Below, one piece after another: positions 7,544 through 18,102 of a stretch of DNA of 58,217 nucleotides. Location: positions 1 to 58,217 of the forward strand of contig JAEOUH010000063.1 of the NCBI GenBank assembly GCA_016839365.1, written 5' to 3'. The notes beneath the pieces were generated by a model. It was not told where the DNA came from and searched no databases. It saw nothing but the letters and a program-made list of their open reading frames with translations. A program made the position numbers and the translations under genes. The DNA comes from Candidatus Hermodarchaeota archaeon. Lineage in GTDB: Archaea > Asgardarchaeota > Hermodarchaeia > Hermodarchaeales > Hermodarchaeaceae. Every line of letters starts with the position of its first letter. The first letter of the stretch is position 1.

Positions 7544-9355
7544 TTAACTCGCTTCTTGGTGCTTTGAATGGTCGTCTTTGTCATCAGACTCTAAGACGCC
7601 CCGTAATCGCAAAGTGTCTGCTCCAATGCGTTTTTGTCTCACAATTCGGAACTTGCTAAGAATTCCAGTCTGACTAACATGGGGTCCGCTGCAGATCTCT
7701 TTAGACACGTCTCCAACCGAATAGACTTTGACTTGATCCCCATATTTTTCACCAAAGAACCCTAAAGCCCCCTGTTTCTTGGCCTCTTGCGGAGACATCG
7801 TTTCAAAGGTGATTGGTAAATCACGTTGGATGATATCATTAACCCATTTTTCAACTTGTGTAAGCTCTTTGGCTGTAAGTTTCCGGTTTAGTTGGACATC
7901 CAAGCGCAGGCGTTGTTTGGTGATATTACTTCCCTTTTGATAAACATCGGGTCCAATTAAATTGTGAAGTGCAGCGTGGAGTAAATGGGTCGCAGTATGC
8001 AGGCGGATCACTTCTTCCGAATGGTCCGCTAACCCGCTGGTGAATTTTTGCTGAGTGGCATCACGAGAGATTTGCCGATGCCGTTCAAACTCCTTTCGAA
8101 ACTCAGCTAGATCAATCTTTTGGCCATTTTCTTCTGCAATTTGCACAGTCATCTCGATGGGAAAACCATAGGTGGCAAAGAGCATGAACGCATCATTTCC
8201 GGTTAACTCGCCTTTCTCATCGAGTGTTTTTTCTGCTATTCGGAGCCCACGGCGAACTGTATTACGAAATCTTTTCTCTTCTTTTTCAATCTCGGACAAC
8301 ATATGGTCTTTGTTTCGAACAAGTTCGTCATATTCCTCACCAAGAGCTGCAAGAACTCGGGGAACTAATTCACCCAAGAAGAATCTGTCAATTCCAAGTT
8401 GAAGTCCGTGCCGAATTGCGACGCGTAACAACCGTCGTATCACGTAACCCCGCTCTAAATTAGAAGGTACTAAGCCCTGATCATCTGCAAGAGCCATCGC
8501 AGCAGATCGAATGTGATCCGCGATAATTCGAATTGACCGGAGCTGGCCTTTGGATGGGTCTGTGATTCGGGCAATCTCATAGATTTTCTCCACAATGGGC
8601 TTAAATACATCAGTCTCGTAGACACTCGGTTGCTTATTCAGGACTTGGAGAGCTCGTTCTAATCCCATTCCCGTATCGATATTCTTTTTCTTCAGTGGTG
8701 TCAGCGATCCATCCTCGCCACGATTATAGGACATAAAAACGAGATTCCAGATTTCAACAAACTTCCCACATCCACAACCTGGACGGCAATCTGCTGAACA
8801 CTTTGGGGTATTAATATCGACGAAAATCTCTGTATCCGGGCCCTGAGGGCCGGTGTCACCGAGAGCCCACCAGTTATCCTTGTAAGGCAGATAATGGATT
8901 TGGTCAGAGGAAATTCCCTGTGCTTCCCAGGCACTTGCTGCTTCCTTATCTGGTGGCACCTGTTCATCTCCTTCGAACACTGTGAAATGTAAAACTTGTT
9001 TTTCTAGCCCTAAGCCAATTTTGGGGTCAAGGAGAAACTCCATTGCCATTTCGATAGCTTCTTTTTTCCAATAATCACCTAGGGACCAGTTACCTAGCAT
9101 CTCAAAGAAGGTAAGATGGAATGTATCACCTACTTCATTTATGTCATCGGTTCTAATGCACTTTTGGACGTTTACTAGCCGTTTGCCATCTGGATGGGGT
9201 TGGCCAAGTAAATATGGGACCAAAGGCTGCATGCCTGCACTTTGAAAGAGGACGGTGGGGTCTAATTGCGGAATGAGCGACGCTGAGGGGATGACAGCAT
9301 GACCCCTTTCTTGAAAGAACTTCAAGTAGCGCCTTCGAAGTTCTGTTGCTGTCAT
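7544..9355 (-). CDS. alaS: Alanyl-tRNA synthetase, short form lacking the C-Ala domain
   Basis: 'AGMQPL', 'VQKCIRT', 'FFEMLGNWSLGDYWK', 'EIWNLVFM', 'IDTGMGLER'. Editing HTATH and CSGPH motifs. Confidence 0.95.
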   Translation of the reverse strand: MTATELRRRYLKFFQERGHAVIPSASLIPQLDPTVLFQSAGMQPLVPYLLGQPHPDGKRLVNVQKCIRTDDINEVGDTFHLTFFEMLGNWSLGDYWKKEAIEMAMEFLLDPKIGLGLEKQVLHFTVFEGDEQVPPDKEAASAWEAQGISSDQIHYLPYKDNWWALGDTGPQGPDTEIFVDINTPKCSADCRPGCGCGKFVEIWNLVFMSYNRGEDGSLTPLKKKNIDTGMGLERALQVLNKQPSVYETDVFKPIVEKIYEIARITDPSKGQLRSIRIIADHIRSAAMALADDQGLVPSNLERGYVIRRLLRVAIRHGLQLGIDRFFLGELVPRVLAALGEEYDELVRNKDHMLSEIEKEEKRFRNTVRRGLRIAEKTLDEKGELTGNDAFMLFATYGFPIEMTVQIAEENGQKIDLAEFRKEFERHRQISRDATQQKFTSGLADHSEEVIRLHTATHLLHAALHNLIGPDVYQKGSNITKQRLRLDVQLNRKLTAKELTQVEKWVNDIIQRDLPITFETMSPQEAKKQGALGFFGEKYGDQVKVYSVGDVSKEICSGPHVSQTGILSKFRIVRQKRIGADTLRLRGVLESDDKDDHSKHQEAS

Positions 9356-9420
9356 TTGCATGGCTAGCGTCCTCACTGGGTATGCTCAGAACAAAATAAA
9401 GCTCTTTAATCATTCGGCTC

Positions 9421-9741
9421 TTATCGGCGGGTGTATTTCACAGCTTCATCATAACCTTTCCATCGGATTCGCTGACCTGAAATCCAAAAAATCAAAAGAA
9501 TAACCACGATTGCTGGGAGTACAAGCCAGACGAACTCAACTGCTGCATCAAGTGGCGAGACGATTGTTTCAGATGAAAGGATTTGTGGATCTGTAAGCCC
9601 CTGGATGAACGGGGATGCTGGTCCCATCATATGATGGACTACGAACGGAAGAATCATCACCGTTATTCCAATTGCAATACCCGCTACCGAATACAGAATT
9701 TGTCGCCGATATCGCTTCTTTGCTGCTCCTTTCGACACCAT
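9421..9741 (-). CDS. Small two-TM membrane protein
   Basis: Two hydrophobic helices. GGTGA SD upstream. Co-oriented with the upstream regulator. Confidence 0.65.
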   Translation of the reverse strand: MVSKGAAKKRYRRQILYSVAGIAIGITVMILPFVVHHMMGPASPFIQGLTDPQILSSETIVSPLDAAVEFVWLVLPAIVVILLIFWISGQRIRWKGYDEAVKYTRR

Positions 9742-9796
9742 AATTCACCTTTCCTATTGATTGGATTCAATATTAGACTACGGTTTAGAACACCTC

Positions 9797-10252
9797 TCAT
9801 GGTAGATTCTTGTACGCTCGCCAGGTCTCAAACCAAAACAGAGCCGATGCAGTACCGCCAAAAAGCCAGGCGGCAACATTCGCAAAGGTGAGATGCTGTG
9901 GATATACGAGAAGGTAGATGATTAGTGCCGTCGTGAAGAAAGCTGCATAGAGTAAGTGTCGTGGTAATGCCCGATGTCCAACCCAAATGAACTGTTTTAG
10001 CACTCCGACTTGGACCACCTCTTCCACTTCATACTCTCCTCGCTCTCGGCGAACTAGTCCCAATTCTACTAGCTTGTCTAGATGATAGGCAGCTAAACTG
10101 GGAGATGATAAGTCCAGTTTCCGTTGTAGTTCTCGTGGTCCCATCGGCTCTTTGGTAGATAATAGCTCGAAGTACACACGGAGGGTGCGACCGCGGAGTT
10201 CCGACTCTAAATCAAACGCATGGCGCCGTTCTTGATTGGGTTTTTGATTCAA
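9797..10252 (-). CDS. Membrane-tethered winged-helix (ArsR-like) regulator
   Basis: 'LRGRTLRVY...MGPRELQRKLDLSSPSLAAYHLDKLVELGLV' followed by two TM helices. Confidence 0.8.
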   Translation of the reverse strand: MNQKPNQERRHAFDLESELRGRTLRVYFELLSTKEPMGPRELQRKLDLSSPSLAAYHLDKLVELGLVRRERGEYEVEEVVQVGVLKQFIWVGHRALPRHLLYAAFFTTALIIYLLVYPQHLTFANVAAWLFGGTASALFWFETWRAYKNLP

Positions 10253-10436
10253 TGAAATTAACCCTCCTATTCCAGATGGTTTAAGGTCTACAACTCTTTT
10301 TTTGGTAACTTATTCATTAATAGGGTGGTTGGGGCTCCTCCTCTCACTTTTTTGGTTTAACAACTGTTCTAAAATGTAGTTTTTTGAATCTGTCATTCGC
10401 TAATTCCTGTGAAGGGTAACAAAAGGAGATTACAAA

Positions 10437-11111
10437 ATGACCATACTTCAAAAATTCAAGGAAACTTTACTCCGGATAAGTGGGTACCTAATACCCCTTG
10501 TTCAGCAGATTCCAACACTGGGTATCTATACTGGGTTGATGACACTACCTCTGTTAGCTGTTCTTGCCATTCTTTTTATGCAGTTTCCAATCAACATTGT
10601 TGGAATGGTTGCAGAACTCATTACTATGAGTCTCATGTCGATTAGCGTCCTTATTGCCAATCTAATAACATTCGTTGGACTTTTTCTCACAGTCTATTCA
10701 GTCATCTACTTGCAACGCCATAAAAAGGAGGGATTGGTCACCACAGGACCCTACCGGTTCATTCGTCATCCCCAATACACCGGATTTCTTCTCATCACAT
10801 TGGGGCTGACTGTATTTAGTTACTGGTGGCTATCCAACACCTTTGGCATTGGTTGGCTCTCTAAGGAAGCAACTGTGGCAGTTTGGTTCATTCAACTTGG
10901 TATCTATCTAGCTCTTGCTCTGGTTGAAGAATCTTATCTACTGAAGACGGTTGGTGAACACTATACCGCTTACAAGAAGACCACATCTTTCTTCATTCCA
11001 ATCGGAAGGGTAAACCGTTTTGATATCCCAATCTCAATTGGAATTCTAAGCATTGTCATGTTCTTGCTAATTCTCGTCCAAGCAATCGGGAATCCGTTCA
11101 TATTCTCCTAA
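10437..11111 (+). CDS. Isoprenylcysteine/phospholipid methyltransferase family membrane protein (ICMT/PEMT)
   Basis: 'LVTTGPYRFIRHPQYTG', 'EESYL...GEHYTAYKKTTSFFIP'. Confidence 0.85.
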   Translation: MTILQKFKETLLRISGYLIPLVQQIPTLGIYTGLMTLPLLAVLAILFMQFPINIVGMVAELITMSLMSISVLIANLITFVGLFLTVYSVIYLQRHKKEGLVTTGPYRFIRHPQYTGFLLITLGLTVFSYWWLSNTFGIGWLSKEATVAVWFIQLGIYLALALVEESYLLKTVGEHYTAYKKTTSFFIPIGRVNRFDIPISIGILSIVMFLLILVQAIGNPFIFS

Positions 11112-11200
11112 AGAGAAAAAACGAACACCCTCAACCCTACAGACTTAAGAGCAGAATCTACCATCCCTTTCCTTGAATGTCCCCAATTCACTTATGAGAA

Positions 11201-12013
11201 GTGCCCCAAATGCTTGTAAAACCTCCTGAAAAAGTAGCAATCGGCATGATAGGCGGAACGGGTGTGTATGATCCCGAAGTATTCACAGATATGAACGAAT
11301 ACAAGATTTACACGCCGTTTGGTTCTCCTTCCGATAAGATCATGGTCGGGTCTTTGGGAACGCAACGTGTGGCTTTCATCCCTCGGCATGGTCGAGGTCA
11401 TAATTATCCCCCCCATCTGGTGAATTATCGAGCCAACATATGGGCTCTCAAATCATTGGGTGTAACACGACTCATCACCGTTTCAGCTGTAGGAAGCCTC
11501 AAAGACGAAATCAAACCCGGTGATCTCTTCATCCCTGATCAAGCCTTTGACTGGACGCGCAGTCGTCCACGCACCTTCTTCGAAGAGGGGCTTGTCGCCC
11601 ACGTTTCCATGGCTCATCCTTTCTGCCCTGATTTGTCCAGATTCATTGCAGACAAAGCCAAAGCACTGAAACTCCCCCACCATTATAAAGGCACTATTAT
11701 TACCATTGAGGGACCCCAATTTTCTACTATCGCGGAATCCCACTTTTACCGTGCACAAGGTTTTGACATCATCGGCATGACCCTCCATCCGGAAGTGTAT
11801 CTGGCCAGGGAAGCCCAGTTATGCTTCACAAATGTTTCAATGATTACCGACTATGATGTGTATGCCGAGAAACCCGTCAGCCATGAAGAAGTCCAGAAAA
11901 CCATGGCTGAAAACCTTGGTAAAGTCAAGAAGCTGCTCATTGACGTAATTCCCAGTATGTCCACAAAACAGGACAAATGTGAGTGTGGGAAAGCCCTCAA
12001 AGGCGCGGTTTAA
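11201..12013 (+). CDS. mtnP: S-methyl-5'-thioadenosine phosphorylase
   Basis: 'GMIGGTG', 'FIPRHGRGH..PPH.VNYRANIWALK', 'EGPQFST', 'GMT', 'TDYD'. Confidence 0.92.
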   Translation: MPQMLVKPPEKVAIGMIGGTGVYDPEVFTDMNEYKIYTPFGSPSDKIMVGSLGTQRVAFIPRHGRGHNYPPHLVNYRANIWALKSLGVTRLITVSAVGSLKDEIKPGDLFIPDQAFDWTRSRPRTFFEEGLVAHVSMAHPFCPDLSRFIADKAKALKLPHHYKGTIITIEGPQFSTIAESHFYRAQGFDIIGMTLHPEVYLAREAQLCFTNVSMITDYDVYAEKPVSHEEVQKTMAENLGKVKKLLIDVIPSMSTKQDKCECGKALKGAV

Positions 12014-12090
12014 TCCGCTAGAATGCCAAGACTTCAATTGCTGATAGTCGGCTCTTTAAACTTTTTATGGTACGCCTTCTACTCTAATTT

Positions 12091-13089
12091 ATGAATTATC
12101 AAACCCTAGCGCGTCCCGAGGTATTGGCATGGCTATTCGAGCCTGCCAATCCTAGCATTCGATACTGGGCGCTTCAACTTCTTGAAGGAAAACCACCAAC
12201 TAATCCCGACGTGCAAGAGGTCCGAGAGGCTATCCAGGAATCACCCATAGTGAAGACCTATCTAGATGCCCAAACCTCAAAAGGGTATTGGGGGAAGGAG
12301 AACCATATTTATGCCAAAAAATACACGGCCACAACCCATGTTCTTCTAATCCTGGCTGAGTTAGGTCTTTCGCGAATCCCCGAAATCGAGAAAGCAATTG
12401 AGCATTTGTTCAAATTTCAACTCAATTCAGGCCATTTCACTACTGTCCTTCCCAAAACTGCACGTGGATATGAGAGCACAATCTCCGATACTTGCTGCCT
12501 TGACGCGAACATCCTTTACTATCTTGCTCGCTTTGATTTCCTTGATGATCCACGCACCCAGAAAACCATCCAATTCTTGGTTGACCATTATAATGCGGAG
12601 GAAGGTGGATGGAAATGCCGTGCTTACCCCATCAATCCCGATGGAGTCTTCCCCCAAGCCTGCTTCATGGGGCTCTGCAAAGTGCTCAAAGCATTCTCAG
12701 TCTTCCCCTCAAAACATCGGTCAAAGAACATTAATCGCATCATCGATGATGTAGTGGAAGTCATCTTAGAAAATCAAATCTACAAGTATCTTCGCAATCC
12801 GGATGGCAGTCGAAAAGAAAAAGCTGGATGGAAACGCTTCGGCTTCCCCCTCTTCTATAACTCAGACATCTTGGATGTCCTTGTCACCCTGACTCGACTA
12901 AAGGTTAAGGACTCTCGAATAACAGATTCAATCAAGGTTGTCGTTGACGCTCAACAGGCTGATGGCAGATGGTTACTGAAGCACACCTTTAATGGCAAAT
13001 TCTGGCACGATATCGAACAAAAAGGGAAGCCTTCAAAATGGATCACTCTCCGTGCTCTATATGCACTCAAACATTTCGCTGGGAAATGA
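12091..13089 (+). CDS. Prenyltransferase/squalene-cyclase-like alpha-alpha barrel protein
   Basis: QW-like repeats (AQTSKGYW, QLNSGHF, QQADGRW), 'FGFPLFYNSDIL', 'GKPSKWITLRAL'. Confidence 0.7.
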   Translation: MNYQTLARPEVLAWLFEPANPSIRYWALQLLEGKPPTNPDVQEVREAIQESPIVKTYLDAQTSKGYWGKENHIYAKKYTATTHVLLILAELGLSRIPEIEKAIEHLFKFQLNSGHFTTVLPKTARGYESTISDTCCLDANILYYLARFDFLDDPRTQKTIQFLVDHYNAEEGGWKCRAYPINPDGVFPQACFMGLCKVLKAFSVFPSKHRSKNINRIIDDVVEVILENQIYKYLRNPDGSRKEKAGWKRFGFPLFYNSDILDVLVTLTRLKVKDSRITDSIKVVVDAQQADGRWLLKHTFNGKFWHDIEQKGKPSKWITLRALYALKHFAGK

Positions 13090-13158
13090 GGGGGCTAGAC
13101 ACTTTTATGGAAGTGCCACCTTGTGGGCAGGTGCCAACAATCTAGGAGCTGTCTTGGT

Positions 13159-13824
13159 ATGGTTGAGCCAATCAAATGTCAGTTCGTTGACTTTTACGAA
13201 ATCTACGATATGTCAAAACAGTTAGCCTTCAAGGTCACTGAATCTGGATATGAGCCCGACCTTCTCTTAGCCATTGCGAGGAGCGGCTTTGTGCCCGGAC
13301 GCCTGCTGTCCGACTTCATGGGGAACTCAAACCTTTATGCCCTTAAAGTTGAACACTGGCTCGACACTACTGCTGAACATCAAGAAGATGCCACCATTCC
13401 CGTTCGATCTCCTCTACCGGTCAAAGGAAAACGTGTCTTAATTGTTGATGACATTGTAGACACTGGACGTTCTGCAATCCAAACTCTCAAGTACGTCAAC
13501 GAACTTGGCGCGAAGGAAGTAAAAACAGCAGTAATGCTCTACTTGACGGTTTCAGAATATGAGCCAGATTACTACACGGTGAAAGAATCAGAATGGATCT
13601 GGTTTATCTGGTTCTGGAATCGATTCGAAGATCTCCGCAACCTCACTATCAAACTCTTTGATAATGATGGAGATCGGGTACTTAGTCTAAGAGATATCCT
13701 TGTTGGTCTAAAGAAATATTTCACCTTGGATGTTGACCAAAAGGAACTTGAACAGGTTCTTTACACCGCAGGGCGTGTCGGAAAACTTCAAGTTGATGAC
13801 CTGGACCAAATCCGCCTTCCTTAG
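13159..13824 (+). CDS. Type I phosphoribosyltransferase (purine salvage, HGPRT/XPRT-like)
   Basis: PRPP-binding loop VLIVDDIVDTG and 'AIARSG'. AGGAG upstream of ATG 13159. Confidence 0.85.
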   Translation: MVEPIKCQFVDFYEIYDMSKQLAFKVTESGYEPDLLLAIARSGFVPGRLLSDFMGNSNLYALKVEHWLDTTAEHQEDATIPVRSPLPVKGKRVLIVDDIVDTGRSAIQTLKYVNELGAKEVKTAVMLYLTVSEYEPDYYTVKESEWIWFIWFWNRFEDLRNLTIKLFDNDGDRVLSLRDILVGLKKYFTLDVDQKELEQVLYTAGRVGKLQVDDLDQIRLP

Positions 13825-13902
13825 TCATCCTTTCCCTCGATACAAAAGGCTCCACTTCTAGCAGACCTCCTATTTCTTAGCATCTCGATAGGTCTTTCAG
13901 GC

Positions 13903-14856
13903 TTAAGCAAAGCCCATACTCAGTAGGAATAAAAAAAGGCCAATAGCCACAAAGGCGCCGATAAGACACGACACCATGTTAACCATGTGATTGTCCAAGA
14001 ACGGGTTACCACGAAGATAAGTGGCTTTTTCTCCACAATGGGCTTTCTTTTCGGTTTGCTTGCCGCACACATCGCAGGTCCAATGACCCTGGATTGTAGC
14101 TCCCAAAACACTGTCAACCGTACAGCCAACGATTCCGCCTGCCATTGCCACCAAAACAAACGTCACCGGAGCAATTCCTGCTAGTTCAGGCATCAACGTC
14201 GTTCCTAGCCAATTGATCCAGAAAGGTGCGGCGAGGAGCGCCGCAATTCCCCCAATGAGTAAGGTGCCAAGAAGTGTGGCAAGCTCGCCGGCCATTGAGA
14301 CGCCACCAGAGGTTCCCGGCGGAACCACCTTCCGGGGATTGGTAATCAGACGTGGAGGTTGTGGATTGAGTAATCCTATTTCTGTGGCTAGGGTATCTGC
14401 TGTTGCAGTAGCTACCGCACCTAGAAAAGCTGCAAAGGCCACCGCAATCACCAACGATGCGGGGATCACCATATAACCAACACCGACATCAATTCGACCA
14501 TACGCATTGACTTGTCCAAAGAAGAAAATCAGCGAAATCGCAAAAAGCACAATGCTTAGTGGCAACCCCCCATTTGCCAAAACGTGGGACCAATCCCTGG
14601 CCCCACCTTTTTCTTGTGCAGCACCATGTTGTCGTTTTATCTTGTATTTGTAATGAGTAAACTGGGCGGTTATCACGAAGAAGATTAGCAGAATCAAAAA
14701 CCAGGTCCACGAGGTGAGTAACCACACCGTGATGCCCAAGAAAAAGGCTGCAACAAGTCCTGATTTGGTCACGATTCGCCCCCTGTAAGCGACTACTGCC
14801 AAGATTCCCATAACGAGGATGGCAACCAGCACACTCAAGGGGTCAAATAGCAACAT
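13903..14856 (-). CDS. DUF92/TMEM19 family membrane protein
   Basis: 'GARDWSHVLANGG', 'ATADTLATEIG', 'PPGTSGGVS', 'DSVLGATIQ', 'DNHMVN'. Confidence 0.9.
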   Translation of the reverse strand: MLLFDPLSVLVAILVMGILAVVAYRGRIVTKSGLVAAFFLGITVWLLTSWTWFLILLIFFVITAQFTHYKYKIKRQHGAAQEKGGARDWSHVLANGGLPLSIVLFAISLIFFFGQVNAYGRIDVGVGYMVIPASLVIAVAFAAFLGAVATATADTLATEIGLLNPQPPRLITNPRKVVPPGTSGGVSMAGELATLLGTLLIGGIAALLAAPFWINWLGTTLMPELAGIAPVTFVLVAMAGGIVGCTVDSVLGATIQGHWTCDVCGKQTEKKAHCGEKATYLRGNPFLDNHMVNMVSCLIGAFVAIGLFLFLLSMGFA

Positions 14857-15043
14857 GGGGAATCATCTCTGAATTTAAAGTCGCACAAATATTATCGATT
14901 AGGTTTCCGGGGAAGAGGCCGCGTTGGGAAGCGTCTGATTGCTGTGTGCCTACATATTCGATATAAACCTTGCCGTTGAAGAAATAGGAAAGTCGGTGAT
15001 TGTCGAAAGAAAATGGGGTATCGACTCGAAGCTCCTATACTAG

Positions 15044-17020
15044 TTATTGCATTAGATGTTTCTTGAAAAAGGCAACAATTGCCCTATAAGCCTTCATCAA
15101 GTTTTCCACTTTCCCAAAACCATGCCCTTCATCAGAGAACACAATGTATTCCACTTCGATTCCCTGTTTACGGAGTTGCTCAGCAACATCGGCGGATTCT
15201 GCTTCGACAACTCGGGGGTCGTTATGTCCTTGAATGATTAGCATTGGTGCTTTGACATTGCTGAAGTGGGTTGCAGGTGATCGCTCTGTTAGAAATTCTT
15301 TATTGGTGTCTGGATGTCCTACGGCATGATGGGCCCAAGTTTGCCAAGTTTCGGGTAAGCGCTCAATGAAGGTTAAGAGGTTATAGGGTCCGAACATATC
15401 ACAGGACGCTTTCCAATATTCTGGATAGTTTGCAGACAGCCACAGGGTCATATAACCGCCATAACTACGGCCCACGACAGCTCGACGGCTCGAATCGATA
15501 CGATGATCTTTCTCAAGGAACTTCAATCCTTCAATATGATCCTTTGCGTCACCGCCTCCCCAATCCTTGTCAACTAGTTTCATATAGGATTGTCCGTATC
15601 CTGTACTCCCACGGACGTTGGGCACAAATACTGCAAAGCCATTTAATGTGAAATACTGGATTAGGGGCATGGAAAACCATGTGAAATCTGGGCGCTCTTG
15701 ACTTTGGGGGCCTCCATGGACATAGAGAATCAAGGGATACGGTTTCTTGTGACCCAGTTCTGTGGAGGGTAGGTATAAACGTGCAGAGATCTGTAATCCA
15801 TCAAAGCTTTTGAAACTGGCATCTTCTCCAGGGGTGAGGTATTTTCGGTCAATACCAAGAATACGTTCCTTTGAAAGCCGTGTAAACCGCTCCTTCTTTG
15901 AGGATGGGGTTATGAGAAAAATCTGGGAGGGGGATGTTGCAGTTGTAAATGCAACAACATACTCTACTTCAGGTTTACCTTTTTCGTCAAATACTGCTTC
16001 ATCAATGCCCAGATCAACACCACCTTCCAAGGGTGGCTTCCCGATGAGAACTTCTTTGAGGTGGAATCGTGGTGGTGTGGGTGTTTCATCTATTTCCGCT
16101 TGATATACCCAGCTGCAACCGTCAATGTTGAATCCTATTATGTACTGGCTGCCATGGATTTGCCTCATCCAATCCAGTTGGCCCAAGCCTTTATGCTGTA
16201 TCCCGGTGACTTTCACCGGATGAACTTTCTTAGGATCAGACAAATCGAGGAATCCAATACCGCCTTTATCATCGTGAAGAGTCGTCTTGAAGATTAGTGC
16301 TGAATCGTCTCGAATGAAATAACAACGGCCTACCCCTAATAGAGGGTACTCCTTTCCCTTCTCTCGATCCCCTATGGGAGTTCCGAGTAAAAGGGATCGT
16401 TCTATGTTACCCTTCTTGAAGATGTATAACACATCATCATTAGCAGAATAGGTGTCAACGAGGATGACTTGGTCGTGATTCTGATTATAACCCGCGCAAT
16501 AGTTTCCATAAATGCTTGTTCCTAATGATGTAATATGCAGTGTCTCAAGATTAACCCTGATTGTTTCCATGTCAGGGGTTTTTCGATCATCAATTGTAAA
16601 ATAAGCCGTGGCTGTTTTACTATCAAATTCGAATAACATCAATTGCTGACCAGTATATCGGTCACCGAATATGGGTTCAGGGACACCTCCAGAGACCGGG
16701 ATGAAACAGGGCTGATAGTTCTCATCACCATCTTTGTCCACCATCACTAAGATTTTCTTGAGAGATGAGATCACCCGGTAATTGTAACCCGCCATTAGGT
16801 GGGGATTTTGAAGGGCTAGACCCCGTGGAAGGAGTGGTTCCGGGATGCTACCTTGTTTATCCATAACGGATAGGCTGTACATTCCGCTCATATCGCTGAT
16901 GAAATAGATTCTCTCATCAACGAGTTGTGGTGACAATATCCGGCGTGCTGATAACAGCGATTCAAGGGGAAAGGATTTGGGTTTATCAGCCAATAGAGTA
17001 ACCTCGGTCAGACCATTCAA
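15044..17020 (-). CDS. S9 family (prolyl oligopeptidase/acylaminoacyl) peptidase
   Basis: HGGP, nucleophile GRSYGG, Asp in NDPRV, His in DEGHGF. Confidence 0.92.
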   Translation of the reverse strand: MNGLTEVTLLADKPKSFPLESLLSARRILSPQLVDERIYFISDMSGMYSLSVMDKQGSIPEPLLPRGLALQNPHLMAGYNYRVISSLKKILVMVDKDGDENYQPCFIPVSGGVPEPIFGDRYTGQQLMLFEFDSKTATAYFTIDDRKTPDMETIRVNLETLHITSLGTSIYGNYCAGYNQNHDQVILVDTYSANDDVLYIFKKGNIERSLLLGTPIGDREKGKEYPLLGVGRCYFIRDDSALIFKTTLHDDKGGIGFLDLSDPKKVHPVKVTGIQHKGLGQLDWMRQIHGSQYIIGFNIDGCSWVYQAEIDETPTPPRFHLKEVLIGKPPLEGGVDLGIDEAVFDEKGKPEVEYVVAFTTATSPSQIFLITPSSKKERFTRLSKERILGIDRKYLTPGEDASFKSFDGLQISARLYLPSTELGHKKPYPLILYVHGGPQSQERPDFTWFSMPLIQYFTLNGFAVFVPNVRGSTGYGQSYMKLVDKDWGGGDAKDHIEGLKFLEKDHRIDSSRRAVVGRSYGGYMTLWLSANYPEYWKASCDMFGPYNLLTFIERLPETWQTWAHHAVGHPDTNKEFLTERSPATHFSNVKAPMLIIQGHNDPRVVEAESADVAEQLRKQGIEVEYIVFSDEGHGFGKVENLMKAYRAIVAFFKKHLMQ

Positions 17021-17075
17021 GCTGTCGTCTTTATAGATTTGATTGTCTAGGATGTATTCACATATTGAACTCAGG

Positions 17076-17990
17076 CTAACGGGGTTCTGGCGTGTCTGGG
17101 CCTCGCATAAGGCTTACCTCTCGAGATAATAATATTGTTGCAACAATGACAATAGCGGCACCAACAAGTTGCCAAGGGGTGGGAGGAATCTGGAAAACAA
17201 TCGCATAAAGAACAAATGTAACCAGCGGTGCTGGAGCGATTAGTGCTGTAGCTTTCCCTAAGTTTATTCGACTGATACCTTCGTACCATAGACTATGGGC
17301 AAGGAGAATCACGATTGCTTCAATTATGATAATCATTACTACAAGCCCAAAGTTGGACGTATAAAGAATGGGGCCTCCTAACAATATTCCACTCACTGCA
17401 AGGAGGAGAAGCAATGCTCCTCCGACAAGGTTGCGATAAGCTACTGCCGTCCACGAAGATACCCGTTGCAGTGCTGGTTTGGCAAAAGTATGTCCTGCAG
17501 CCCATGCCATTGGTGTAATCAGGAGGAGTATATCACCGATCCCCAGTACCGTCAATTGGCTTGTCACTACGACGAGTAAGACACCACAGACCATGAGAGT
17601 CATCCAGACTAGTTGCCGCTTCGAGATTGTTTCATTCAAAAAGAAGTATCCAAGGGTTAAGGCGAATACCAATTCAGATCGTAAGATAATAGCCGCGTTA
17701 TTCGAACTGGAAAGCTGTAATCCGATAAACAGACAGGTGAAGGCTAAGAAAGTCCCCAAAACTCCTGCCATTACAAGACGACGATTATCTGACGCGGAGA
17801 TGCCCTGATTAATCTTAGGCGTGACTCTTCGCCTGAAGATGAATGCCACAAAGCCAGCGCCAAGTGCTGCTATGGAGGCAAATACAAGCGGAGCCACCAC
17901 TATTCCGCCAAATTCGATGACCACCGGATGAATACCATAGACAAAGAGACCGATGAGGATGAAAAGGGTGCCAAGGTTTTCCTTTTCCAT
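17076..17990 (-). CDS. DMT/EamA family transporter
   Basis: About 10 TM helices in two EamA repeats. Confidence 0.85.
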   Translation of the reverse strand: MEKENLGTLFILIGLFVYGIHPVVIEFGGIVVAPLVFASIAALGAGFVAFIFRRRVTPKINQGISASDNRRLVMAGVLGTFLAFTCLFIGLQLSSSNNAAIILRSELVFALTLGYFFLNETISKRQLVWMTLMVCGVLLVVVTSQLTVLGIGDILLLITPMAWAAGHTFAKPALQRVSSWTAVAYRNLVGGALLLLLAVSGILLGGPILYTSNFGLVVMIIIIEAIVILLAHSLWYEGISRINLGKATALIAPAPLVTFVLYAIVFQIPPTPWQLVGAAIVIVATILLSREVSLMRGPDTPEPR

Positions 17991-18102
17991 CTTAAGTCAC
18001 TTTCTTAAAGACGCATCTCTGGCATTACTGATAGATATAAATGGTATGTTACCAGTGAATACAATTACCCAACACCTTCTCCTCTGCTTGGAGTTCCTCT
18101 AC

